A stretch of 64,000 bases of DNA from Eledone cirrhosa. Lineage: Eukaryota. Each line of letters opens with the position of its first letter. Position 1 is the stretch's first letter. The notes below the pieces were generated by a model. It was not told where the DNA came from. It saw only the letters and a program-made list of their open reading frames with translations, and made no database searches. Position numbers and translations under genes: made by a program. Below, piece after piece: positions 45,701 through 59,539 of the stretch. The stretch is from NCBI GenBank assembly GCA_964016885.1, contig OZ024742.1:244466001-244530000 (forward strand). The letters are read 5' to 3'.

Positions 45701-48700
45701 GTGTGACGTACCATAGATAGTCATTGTATCTACTAGTGTGACTTAATATAGATGGAGATACTAGTGTTACTTACCACAGAGTGTGATGGTATATGCTAGT
45801 GTGACTTACCATAGATACTGATGGTATATAACAGTGTGACTTACTATAATGAGTGATGGTATCTACTAGTGTGACTTACCATAGATAGTGGTGGTATATA
45901 CAAATGTGCCTTACTATAGTTAGTGATGGTATCTACTAGTGTGACATACTATAGTTAGTGATGGTATCTACTAGTGTGACTTACCACAGATAGTGATGGT
46001 ATATATAAGTGTGACTTACTATAGATAGTGATTGTATCTACTAGTGTGACTTACCATATAGAGTGATGATATAAACTAGTGTGACTGACCATAGATAGTG
46101 ATGGTATATATTAGTGTGACTTACTACAGATAATGATGGTATAGACTAGTGTGACTTACCACAGATAGTGACGGTATATAATAGTGTGACTTACTATAAA
46201 GAGTTATGGTATCTACTAGTGTGACTTACCATAGACAGTGGTGGTATATACTACTGTGACTTACCATAGATAGCGATGGTATCTACTAGTGTGACCTACC
46301 ATAAATAGTGATGGTATATACTAGTGTCACTTACCACAGTAACATGGTCGGAAATATAGCTACAGTATGGTATTATATGTACAGTAGTAACATGGTCCAA
46401 TATATAGTTACATTATGGTATTATATATACTGTAGTACCATAGTCGAAGATATAGCTACAGTATAGTATTATCTGTACTGCAGTAACGTGGTCCATGATA
46501 TATCTACAGTAAGGTATTATATGTACCACAGTAACGTGGTCCAAGATATAGCTACAGTATAGCAGTATATGTACAGTAGTATCATGGTCCAAGATATAGC
46601 TGTAGTATGGCAGTATATGTACAGTAGTATCATGGTCCAAGATATAGCTACAGTATGGTAGTGTATGTACAGCAGTAACATGGTCCAAGATATAGCTACA
46701 GTATGGTATTATATGTACTGTAGTAACATGGTCGAAGATATAGCTACAGTTTGGTATTATATATAAAGTAGTAACATGGTCCAGGTTATATCTACAGTAT
46801 GGGATTATATGTACAGCAGAAACATGGTCCAAGATATAGTTACAGTACGGTAGTTTATTTAGAGCAATAACATGGTCCAAGTTATAGCTACAGTAGTGTA
46901 TTATATGTACAGTAGTAACAAGGTCCAAGATATAACTACAGTATGGTATTATATATACTGTAGTAACATGGTCCAGAATATAGCTACAGTATGGTATTAT
47001 ATATACCCTAGTAACATGGTTTAGAATATAGCTACAGTATGGTATTTTATGTACAGTAGTAACATGGTCCAAGATATACCTACAGTATAGTATTATCTGT
47101 ACTGCAGTAACATGGTCCAAGACATGGCTACAGAATGGTATTATATGTACTGGAGTAACCTGGTCCAAGATATAGCTACAGTATATTAGTGTATGTGCAG
47201 CAGTAATATGGTCCAAGATATAGCTACAGTATGTTATTATATGTACAGTATTAACATGGTCCCAGATATAGCTACAGTATGGTATTGTATGTACCACAGT
47301 AACATGGTCAAGATATAGCTACAGTATGGTATTAAATGTACAGTAGTAACATGGTCCAAGATGTAGCTACACTATTGTATTATACGTACATTAGTTACAT
47401 GGTCCAAAATACAGCTATAGTATGGTATTATATGTTTAGCAGTAACATGGTCCAAGATATAGGTACAGTATGGCATTATATGTAAATTAGTTCCATTGTC
47501 CAAGATACAGTTATAGTATGGTGTTATGTGTGTAGCAGTACATGGTCCAAGATATAGGTACAGTATGGCATTATATGTAAATTAGTTCCATTGTCCAAGA
47601 TACAGTTATAGTATGGTGTTATGTGTGTAGCAGTCACATGTTCTAAGATATAGCTACAGTATGGCATTATATGTACTGTAGTAACATGTTCAAAGATATA
47701 GCTACAGTATGGTATTGTATGTACAGTAGTAACATCGTCCAAGATATAGCTACAGTATGGTATCATATGTACAATAGTAACATGATCCAAGATATAGCTA
47801 CAATATGGTATGATATGTACAGTAGTAACAAGGTCCAAGATATAACTATAGTATGGTATTCTATGTACAGCAGTAACATGGTGCAAGATATAGCTATAGT
47901 ATAGTATTATATGTGCAGCAGTAACATGGTCCAAGATATAGGTACAGTAGGGTATTTTAGGTACATTAGTTACATGGTCTAAGATACAGCTATAGTATGG
48001 TATTATATGTGTACCTGTAACATGGTCCAAGATATGACTACAGTATGGTATTATATGTACCACAGTAACAAGCTCCAAGATATAGCTACAGTATGGTATT
48101 ATAAAACCTGTAGTAACATGGTCCAATATATAGCTATAGCATAGTATTATATGTTTGGCAGTAACATGGTCCAAAATATAGCTTCAGTATAGTATTATAT
48201 CTATATTAGTAACATGATCCAAGATATAGCTACAGTATGGTTTTATATGTGCATTAGTAACATGGTCCAAGATATAGCTACAATATAGTTCCATGGTCCA
48301 ACATACAGCTATAGTATGGTATTATATGTGTAGCAGTAACATGGTACAAGATAGAGCTACAGTATGGCATTATAGGTACAGTAGTAACATGGTCCAAGAT
48401 ATAGCTACAGTATGGTATTATATGTACCAGAGTAACATGATCAACGATATAGCTACAGTATGGTATTATATGTACAGTATTAACATGGTCCAAGATAGAG
48501 CTACAGTATGGTATTATATGTACAGTAGTAACATGGTCCAATATATAGCTATAGTATAGTATTATATGTGTAGCAGTAACATGGTCCAAGATATTGCTAC
48601 AGTATGGCATTATATGTACAGTAGTAACATAGTCCAAGATATAGCTATAGTATGGCATTATATGTGTAGCAGTAACATGGTCCAAGATATTGCTACAGTA

Positions 48701-51700
48701 TGACATTATATGTACAATAGTAACATAGTCCAAGATATAGCTACAGTATGGTATTATATGTACAGTTGTAACATGGTCTAGGATATAGCTACAGTATGGT
48801 ATTATATGTACTGCAGTAAAATGGTGCAGGTTATAACTACAGTTTGGTATTATATGTACCAAAGTAACATGGTCCAAGATATAGCTACAGTATTGTATTA
48901 TATGTGTAGCAGTAACATGGTCCAAGATATAGCTACAGTATGTTATTATATGCACAGCAGTAACATGGTCCAAGATATAGCTACAGTATGGTATTATATG
49001 TACAGTAGTAACATGGTCCAAGATATAGCTACAGTATTTTATGATATATACACTAGTAACATGGTCCAGGATATAGCTACAGTATGGTATTATATGTACA
49101 GCAGTAACATGGTCCAAGATATAGCTACAGTATTATATGATATATACACTAGTAACATGGTCCAGGATATAGCTACAGTATGGTATTATATGTACAGCAG
49201 AAATATGGTCCAAGATATATAACTACAGTATGGCATTTTATGTACAGTAGTAACATGGTCCAAGATATAGCTATAGTATAGTATTATATGTGTAGCAATA
49301 ACATGGTCAAAGATATAGCTACACTATGGTATTATATGTACAGTAGTAACATGGTCTAGAATATAGCTACAGTATGGTATTATATGTACTGCAGTAACAT
49401 GGTGCAGGATATAACTACAGTATGGTATTATATGTACCAAAGTAACATTGTCCAAGATATAGCTACGCTATGGTATTATATGTACAGTAGTAACATGGTC
49501 CAAGATATAGGTATGGTATGGTATTATATCTACAGTAGTAACATGGTCCAGGATATAGCTACAGTATAGTGTTATATGTACAGCGGTAACATGGTGCAGG
49601 ATATAACAACAGCATGGTATTATAAGTACCAGAGCAACATGGTCCAAGATATAGCTACAGTATGGTATTATATGTGTAGCAGTAACATGTTCCAAGATAT
49701 AGTAACAGTATGGTATTATATGTATAGTAGTAACATGGTCCAAGTTATAGCTACAGTATGGTATTATATGTACAGTAGTAACATGGTCCAAGTTATAGCT
49801 ACAGTATGGTATTATATGTACAGCAGAAACATCGTCCACGACATAGCTACAGTATAGTATTATATGTACAGTAATAACATGGTCCAGGATATAACTACTG
49901 TATGGTATTATATGTACAGCAGTAACATAGTGCAGGATATAGCTACAGTATGGTATTCTATGTAAAGTAGTAACATGGTCCAAGATATAGCTACGCTATG
50001 GTATTATATGTACATTACTTACGTGATCCAACATACAGCTATAGTATGGTATTATATGTGTATCAGTAACATGGTCCAGGATATAGCTACAGTATGGTAT
50101 TATATTTACAGTAGTAACATGGTGCAGGGATATAGATAGAATATGGTATTATATGTACAGTAGCAACATGGTCCAGAATATAGCTACAGTATGGTATTAT
50201 ATCTACTGCAGTTACATGGTCCAAGATATAGCTACAGTATAGTATTATCTGTACTGCAGTAACATGGTCCAAGATATGGCTATAGTATAGTATGATACAT
50301 ACAGTAGTAACATGGTCAAAGATATAGCTACAGTATGGTATTTATATGTACCAAAGTAACATGGTCCAAGATATAGCTACATTATAGTATTATATGTACA
50401 GCAGTCACATGGTCCAAGATAGAGATACAGTATAGAATTATCTGTACTGCAGTAACATGGTCCAATATATAGCTACAGTATGGCATTATATGTACCGTAG
50501 TAACTTTGGCCACGATATAGTTACAGTATAGTATTATATGTATAGTAATAACATGGTCCAGGATATAGCTACAGTATGGTATTATATGTACAGCAGTAAC
50601 ATGGTGCAGGATATAGCTACAGTATGGTATTATATGTACATTAGTTACATGGTCCAACATACAGCTATAATATGGTATTATATGTGTAGCAGTAACATGG
50701 TCCAGGATATAGCTACAGTATGGTATTATATGTACAGCAGTAACATGGTGCAAGATATAGCTACAGTATAGTATTATATGTACTGCAGTTACAAGGTCCA
50801 ATATATAGCTACAGTATGGTATTATATGTACATTAGTTACATGGTCCAACATACAGCTATAATATGGTATTATATGTGTAGCATTAACAGGCTTCAAGAG
50901 ATAGATACAATATGGTATTATATGTACAGCAGTAACATGGTCCAAGATATAGCTACAGAATTGTATTATATGTACAGTAGTAACATGGTGCAGGATATAG
51001 CTACAGTATGTTATTATATGTACTGCAGTAACATGGTCCAAGATATAGCTACAGTATAGTATTATCTGTACTGCAGTAACATGGTGCAAGATATAGCTAC
51101 AGTATGGTATTATATGTACAGTAACATGGTCCAAGATATAGCTATAGTATAGTATTATATGTGTAGAAGTAACATGGTCAAAGATATAGCTACAGTATGG
51201 TATTATATGTACAGTAGTAACATGGTCCAAGATATAGCCACAGTATGGTATTATATATACCACAGTAACATTGTCCAAGATATAGCTACAGTATGGTATT
51301 ATATGTACTGCAGTAACATGGTCCAAGATATAGCTTCAGTAGAGTATTATATGTACAGTAGTAATGTGGTCCAAGATATAGCTACAGTATGGTATTATAT
51401 GTACTGCAGTAACATGGTCCAAGATATAGCTACAGTATGGTATTATATGTACAGTAGTAACATGGTCCAAGATATAGCTACAGTATGGTATTATATGTAC
51501 ATTAGTTACATGGTCCAACATACAGTTATAGTATGGTATTATATGTACAGTAGTAACATGGTGCAGGATATAGCTACGCTATGGTATTATATGTACATTA
51601 GTAACATGTTACATGATATAGCTACACTATGGTATTATATGTACAGTAGTAACATGGTCCAGAATAGAGCTACAGTATAGTATTATCTGTACTGCAGTAA

Positions 51701-54700
51701 CATGATCCAAGATATAGATACAGTGTTGTATTATATGTACAGTAGGAACATGGTCCAAGATATAGAAACAGTATCGCATTATATGAACTAGAGTAACATG
51801 GTCCAAGATATAGCTACAGCATGGTAGTGTATGTGCAGTAGTAACATGGTCCAAGATATAGCTATAGTATGGTATTATATGTGTAGCAGTAATATGGTCC
51901 GAGATATAGCTACTGTATGGTATTATATGTACTGTAGTAACATGGTCCAAGATATAGCTAGAGTATGGTATAATATGAACAGTAGTAACATGGTCCAGAT
52001 ATTGCTACAGTATGGTATTATATGTACAGTAGTAACATGGTCCGAGATATAACAACAGTATGGTATTATATGTGTACAGTAACATGGTCCAAGATATAGC
52101 TTGAGTAGGGTATTATATGTACAGTAGTAACATGGTCCAAGATATAGCTATAGTATAGTATTATATGTGTACAGTAACATGGTCCAAGATATAGCTATAG
52201 TATGGTATTATATGTACTGTAGTAACAAGGTGCAGGAGATAGCTGCAGTATGGTATATGTACAGCAGTAACATGGTCCAAGATATAGCTACAGTATGGTA
52301 TTATATCTACAGCAGAAACATCGTCCGAGATATAGCTACAGAATGGTATTATATGTACAGTAGTAACATGGTCCAATATATAGCTACAGTATGGTATTAT
52401 ATGTACAGTAGTAACATGGTCCAGGATATAGCTACAGTAAGGTATTATATGTGTGGCAGTAACATGGTCCAGAATATAGCTACAGTATGTTATTATATGT
52501 ACAGTAGTAACATGGTCCAAAATATAGCTATAGTATGGCATTATATATGTAGCACTAACATGGTCCAAGATATAGATACACTACGGTATTATATGTACTG
52601 TAGTAACATGGTCCAGAATATAGATACGGTATGGTATTATATGTACTGTAGTATCATGGTCCAGAATATAGCTACAGTATAGTATTATCTGTACTGCAGT
52701 AACATGGTCCAAGATATAGCTACAGTATTGTATTATATGTACAGTAGTAACATGGTCCAGGATATATCTGCAGTATGGTATTATATGTACAGCAGAAACC
52801 TCGTCCTAGATATAGCCACAGTATGGTATTATATGTACAGCAGAAACATCGTCCTAGATATAGCCATAGTATGGTATTATATGTACAGTAGTAACATGGT
52901 CCAAGATATAGATACAGCATGGCATTATATGTACAGTAGTAACATGGTTTAAGATATAGCTACAGTATGGTATTATATGTACAGTAGTAACATGGGTTAA
53001 GATATAGCTAAAGTATGGTATTATGTGTACAGTAGTAACATGGTGCAAGATATAGCTATAGTATGGCATTATATGTACAATAGTAACATGGTCCATGATA
53101 TAGCTACAATATGGTATTATATGTACAGTAGTAACATAGTACAAGATATAGATACAGTAGGGTATTATATGTACAGTAGTAACATGGTCCAGAATATAGC
53201 TACAGTATAGTATTATCTGTTCTGCAGTAACATGGTCCAATATATAGCTACAGTATGGTATTATATGTACCGTACTAATATGGTCGAAGATATAGCTACA
53301 GCATGGTATTATATGTCCAGTAGTAACATGGTCCAGGTTAAAGCTACAGTATGTACAATATGTACAGTATGGTATTATATGTACAGTAGTAACATGGTCC
53401 AAGATATAGCTACAGTACGGTATTATATGTACAACAATAGTAAATTGTTCAAGATATAGCTATAGTATGGTATTATATGTGTAGCAGTAACATGGTCCAA
53501 GATATAGCTACAGTATGGCATTTTATGTACAGTAGTAACATGGTTCAAGATATAGCTAGAGTATGATATTATATGTGCAGTAGTAACATGGTCCAAGATA
53601 AAGCTACACTATCGTATTATATGTACATTAGTTACATGGTCCAAGATACAGCTATAGTATGTTATTTTATGTGTAGCAGTAACATGGTCCAAGATATAGC
53701 TACAGTATGGTAGTGTATGTGCAGTAGTAACATGGTGCAAGATATAGCTACAGTATGGTATTATATGTACAGTAGTAACATGGTGCAGGATATAGCTACA
53801 GTATGGTATTATATGTCCTGCAATAACCTGGTCCTAGATATAGCGACAGTATGGTATAACATGTCTAGAAGTAACATGGTACAAAATATAGCTACAGTTT
53901 GGCATCTTATGTACAGTAGTAACATGGTCCCAGATATTGCTACAGTATGGTATTATATGTAGAGTAGTAACATGGTACAATATGTAGCTACAGTATGGCA
54001 TTATATGTACAGTAGTAACATAGTGAAGGATATAGCTACAGTATGGTATTATATCTACTGCAGTAACATGGTCCAAGATATAGCTACAGTATGGTATTAT
54101 ATGTACAGTAGTAACATGGTCTAAGATATAGCTAGAATATGGTATTATATGTACAGTAGTAACATGGTCTAAGATATAGCTAGAATATGGTATTATATGT
54201 ACAGTAGTAACATGGTCCAAGATATAGCTATAGTATGGTATTAAATATGTAGCAGTAACATGGTCCAAGATATAGCTACAGTATGTTATTATATGTGTAG
54301 CAGTAACATGCTTCAAGAGATAGCTAGAGTATGGTATTATATGTACAGCAGTAACATGGTCCAAGATATAGCTACAGTATCGCATTATATGTACATTAGT
54401 TACATGGTCCAAGATACAGCTATAATATGGTATTATATGTGTAGCAATAACATGGTTCAGAATATAGCTACAGTATGGTATTATATGTACAGTAGTAACA
54501 TGGTCCAAGATATAGCGACGGTATCGTATTATATGTCCTGCTGTAACATGGTCCTAGATATAGCTACAGTATGGTATTATATGTACAGCAGTAACATGGT
54601 CCAATATACAGCTAGAGTATGGTATGATATATACAGTAGCGACATGGTCCAGGATATAGCTACACTATGGTATGATATGTACAGCAGTAACATGGTGCAG

Positions 54701-55694
54701 GATATAACTATAGTATGGTATTATATGTACCACAGTAACATGGTCCAAGATATAGCTACAGCATGGTATTATATGTGTAGCAGTAACATGTTTCAAGAGA
54801 TAGCTACAGTATGGTATTATATATAAAAATGTAACATTGTCCAAGATATAGCTACAATATGGTATTATATGTACAGCAGAAACTTCGTCCAAAATATAGC
54901 TACAGTATGGTATTATGTGTAAAGTATTAACATGTTCCCGGATATAGCTACAGTATGGTATTATATGTACAGCAGTAACATGGTGCAGGATATAGCTACA
55001 GTATGGTATTATATGTACTGCAGTAACATGGTCCAAGATATACCTACAGTATGGTATTATATGTACAGTTGTAACATGGTCTAAGATATAGCTACACTAT
55101 GGTATTAGATGTAGAGTAGTAATATGGTCCAAGATATAGCTACAGTATGCTATTCTATGTACATTAGTTACATGGTCCAAGATATAGCTACAGTATGGCA
55201 TTATATATACAGTAGTAACATGGTCTAAGTTATAGCGACAGTATGGTATTAGATGTACAGTAGTAACATGGTCCAAGATATAGCTACAGTATGGTATTAT
55301 ATGTACAGTAGTAACATGTGCCAAGATATAGCTACAGTATGGTATTATATGTACAGTAGTAACATGTTCCAACATATAGCTACAGTGTCGTATTATATGT
55401 ACCGCAGTAACATGGTCCAAGATATAGCTACAGTATGGTATTATATGTAATGCAGTAACATGGTCCAAGATATAGCTAGAATATTGTACTATATATACAG
55501 TAGTAACATTGTCCAAGATATAGCTATAGTATGGTATTAAATATGTAGCAGTAACTTGGTCCAAGATATAGCTTCAGTATGGCATTATATGTAGTGTATT
55601 GACATGGTCCAAGATATAGCTACAGTATGGTATTATATATACAGTAGTAACATGGTCGAAGATATAGCTACAGTATGGTATTGTATGTACTGTA

Positions 55695-55878
55695 GACGGT
55701 GGATTGGCAGTATCAGTAGAGGGTCGGACGCCATGCTTTCCAGCATAGTTACGTCCCTTTACGATCTGAGTTCAAATCCCGCCGAGGTTGACTTTGCCTT
55801 TCATTCTTACGGGGTCGATAAAATAAAATACCAGTAATGCACTGGGTATTTGCTGGCATTGTGCCTAATGTAGAAACA
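55695..55878 (+). mobile_element. tRNA-derived SINE, full length (same family as 36588)
   Basis: GACGGTGGATTGGCAGTATCAGTAG...GAGTTCAAATCC...GTAGAAACA; imperfect 15-bp TSD ATTGTATGTACTGTA / ATTATATCTACTGTA. Confidence 0.92.
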
Positions 55879-57235
55879 ATTATATCTACTGTAATAACCT
55901 GGTCCAAGATAGAGCTAGCGTATTTTATTATGTGTACAGTAGTAACATTGTCCAAGATATAGCTACAGTAAGGTATTATATCAACAGTAGTAATATGGTC
56001 CAAGATATAGCTTCAGTATGGTATTATATGTACAGTAGTAATATGGTCCAAGATATAGCTACAGTATGGCAGTGTATGCACAGTAGTAACATGGTCCAAG
56101 ATGTAGCTACTGTATGGTATTATATGTACAGTAGTAACATGGTCCAAGATATAGCTACAGTATGGTATTATATGTAGAGTACTAACATGGTCCAATACAT
56201 AGCTACAGTATGGTTTTATATGTACAGTAGTAACATGGTCCAATATAGAGCTACAGTATGGTATTATATGTGTAAAAGTAACATGGTCCAAGATATAGCT
56301 ACAGTATGGTATTATATGTACAGCAGTAACATGGTCCAAGATATAGCGACAATATGATAGTGTATGTAGAGCAGTAACATGGTCAAAGATATAGTTACAG
56401 TATGGTATTATATGCACTGTAGTAACATGGTCCAAGATATAGCTACAGTATGGTATTATATGTACAGTAGTAACATGGTCCAATATATATCTGTAGTATG
56501 ATATTATATGTGTAGCAGTAACATGGTCCAAGATGTAGCTACTGTATGGTATTATATGTACAGTAATAACATGGTCTAAGATATAGCTACAGTATGGTAT
56601 TATATGTACAGCAGTAACATGGTCCAAGATATAGCTATAGTGTGGTACTATATGTGTAGCAGTAAAATATTCCAAGATATAGCTACAATATTGTATTAAA
56701 TCTGAAGCAGTAACATGGTCCATGAGATTGCTACAGTATGGTATTATATGTACAGCAGTAACATGGTCAACGATATAGCTACAGTAGGGTATTGTATGTG
56801 CAGTAGTAACATGCTCCAAGATATAACTACAGTATGGTATTATATATCCTGTAGTTACATGGTCAAAGATATAGCTACACTATGGTATTGTATGTACAGT
56901 AGTAACATGGTCCAAGATATAGCTATAGTCTGGTATTATATGTACAGTAGTCACATGGTCCAGGATATAGCTACAGTATGGCATTATATGTACAGTAGTA
57001 CCAAGGTGCAGGATATAGCTACAGTATTGTATTATATGTACAGTAGTAACATGGTCCAAAATATAGCTACAATATGGTATTATATTTCCATTAGTAACAT
57101 GGGCGAAGATATAGCTACAGTATGATATTATATGTACTGCAGTAACATGTTCCAACATATAGCTAGTGTGGTATTATATTTACAGTAGTAATATGGTCCA
57201 AGATATAGCTACAGTATGGTATTATATGTACTGTA

Positions 57236-57419
57236 GACGGTGGATTGGCAGTATCAGTAGAGGGTCGGACACCATGCTTTCCAGCATAGTTACGTCCCTT
57301 TACGACCTGACTTCAAATCCCGCCGAGGTTGACTTTGCCTTTTATCCTTACGGGGTCGATAAAATAAAGTACCAGTAATGCACTGGGTATTTGCTGGCAT
57401 TGTGCCTAAAATAGAAACA
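57236..57419 (+). mobile_element. tRNA-derived SINE, duplicate of the 55695 copy (1541-bp offset)
   Basis: Same junctions, same private variants (GGGTATTTGCTGGCATTG) and same flanking monomer variants as the 55695 copy. Confidence 0.92.
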
Positions 57420-59048
57420 ATTATATCTACTGTAATAACCTGGTCCAAGATAGGGCTAGAGTATTTTATTATATTTACAGTAGTAACATTGTCCAAGATA
57501 TAGCTACAGTAAGGTATTATATCAACAGTAGTAATATGGTCCAAGATATAGCTTCAGTATTGTATTATATGTACAGTAGTAATATGGTCCAAGATATAGC
57601 TACAGTATGGCAGTGTATGTACAGTAGTAACATGGTTCAAGATATAGCTACAGTATGGTATTATATGTAGAGTACTAACATGGTCTAAGATATAGCTACA
57701 GTATTGTATTAAATGTGAAGCAGTAACATGGTCCATGATATAGCTACAGTATTGTATTGTATGTGCAGTAGTAACATGCTCCAAGATATAACTACAGTAT
57801 GGTATTATATATCCTGTAGTAACATGGTCGAAGATATAGCTACACTATGCTATTATATGTACAGTAGTAACATGGTCCAAGATATAGCAATAGTCTGGTA
57901 TTATATGTATAGTAGTAACATGGTCCAGGATATAGCTACAGTATGGCATTATATGTACATTAGTAACATGGTCCAAGATATAGCTACAATATGGTATTAT
58001 ATATCCATTAGTAACATGGGCGAAGATATAGCTACAGTATGATATTATATGTACTTCAGTAACATGGTACAGTATGGTGTGATATGTACATTAGTTACAT
58101 TGTCCAAGATATAGCTAAAGTATGGTATTATATGTGTAGCAGTAACATGGTTCACTATATAGAAACAGTATGGGTTTATATGTACAGTAGTAACATGGTC
58201 CAGGTTAAAGCTACAGTAAGGTATAATATGTACAGTAGTAACATGGTCCAAGATATAGCTACAGTAAGGTAATATATGTACAGCAGTAATATGGTGCAAG
58301 GTATAGCTACAGTATGGTATTATATGTACAGTAGGAACATGGTCCAAGATATAGCTACAGAATGGTATTATATGTACGGTAGTAACATGGTCTAAGATAT
58401 AGCTACAGTATGGTATTATATGAACAGCAGTAACATGGTCCAAGATATAGCTACAGAATGGTATTATATGTACAGTAGTAACATGCTGCAGGATATAGCA
58501 ACAGTATGGTATTATATATGTAGCTGTAACATGGTCCAAGATATAGCTACAGTATGGCATTATATGTACAGTAGTAACATGGTCCAGTATATAGATATTG
58601 TATGGCATTATATGTCCAGTAGTAACATGGTCTGGGATATAGCTACAATATGGTATTATATATCCAGTAGTAACATGATCCAAGATATAGCTAGAATATG
58701 GGATTATATGTACAGTAGTAACATGGTCCAAGATATAGCTACAGAATAGTATTATATGTACAGTAGTAACATGGTCCAAGATATAGCTACAGTATGGTAT
58801 TATATTTACAGTAGTAACATGGTCCAAGATATAGCTACAGTATGGTATTATATTTACAGTAGTAACATGGTCCAAGATATAGCTAGAATATGGGATTATA
58901 TGTACAGTAGTAACATGGTCCAAGATATAGCTACAGTATGGTATTATATTTACAGTAGTAACATGCTGCAGGATATAGCAACAGTATAGTATTCTATGTC
59001 CAGTAGTAACATGGTCCAAGTTATAGCAACAGTATGGTATTATATGTA

Positions 59049-59146
59049 GCCGAGGTTGACTTTGCCTTTCATCCTTACGGGTTCGATAAAATAAAGTACC
59101 AGTAATGCACTGGGTAATTGCTGGCCTTGCGCCTAAAGTAGAAACA
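59049..59146 (+). mobile_element. 5'-truncated SINE copy (3' half only)
   Basis: Starts at GCCGAGGTTGAC and ends GTAGAAACA; TSD ATTATATGT at 59039-59047 and 59147-59155. Confidence 0.88.
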
Positions 59147-59426
59147 ATTATATGTTCCAAGATTTATCGACAGTATGGTATTATATGTACAGTAGTAATA
59201 TGGTCCAAGATATAGCTACAGTATGGTATTATATGTACTGGAGTAACATGGTCCAAGATATAGCAACACTATTGTAGTGTATGTGCAGTTGTAACATGGT
59301 CCAAGATATAGCTACAGTATGGTATTATATATCCAGAAGTAACATGGTCGAAGATGTAGCTACCGTATGGTATTATATGTTTAGCAGTAACATGGTTCAA
59401 GATATAGCTACAGTATGGCATTATAT

Positions 59427-59539
59427 TGACATTTGTACATTATTCTATGTACTACACATGTACCTTTGATGAGTTGTAGTGCACCTGAGCACTGTACACA
59501 ATAATTTCGTTATTATTATTATTATTATTATTGTTATTA
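59427..59539 (+). mobile_element. Short 3' end of a retroposon (LINE or SINE) with terminal stem-loop and (ATT)n tail
   Basis: A non-satellite ~80-bp segment with hairpin AGTGC-ACCTGA-GCACT, followed by ACAATAATTTCG(TTA)n. It starts exactly after an ATTATAT of the 48-mer. Confidence 0.55.

Larger units (their letters stand above)
19887..46339. repeat. 35-bp satellite array, consensus TAGATAGTGATGGTAT(A/C)TACTAGTGTGACTTAC(C/T)A, >700 diverged monomers
   Basis: 35-bp period (TGGTA at 21241 and 21276). Interrupted only by the MITE, RTE and SINE insertions. Confidence 0.98.
46340..59426. repeat. 48-bp satellite array, consensus AGTAACATGGTCCAAGATATAGCTACAGTATGGTATTATATGTACAGT, ~260 diverged monomers
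   Basis: 48-bp period, which gives the 16-aa repeats in the ORF track on both strands. Confidence 0.98.

Noticed and set aside
55695-55785. tRNA gene
   Set aside because: The A/B boxes belong to a SINE head followed by a body and TSDs; no canonical cloverleaf is apparent.
46413-59160. His/Cys-periodic repeat protein (zinc-finger-like) gene
   Set aside because: The spacing does not match C2H2 or CCHC. Frequent stops, frameshifts and SINE insertions show it is a satellite.
1-59426. Common ancestry of the 31/36-, 35- and 48-bp repeats through shared ATGGT/TATATGTA words
   Set aside because: Matches are only 5-8 bp in AT-rich monomers and cannot be distinguished from chance without a statistical alignment.
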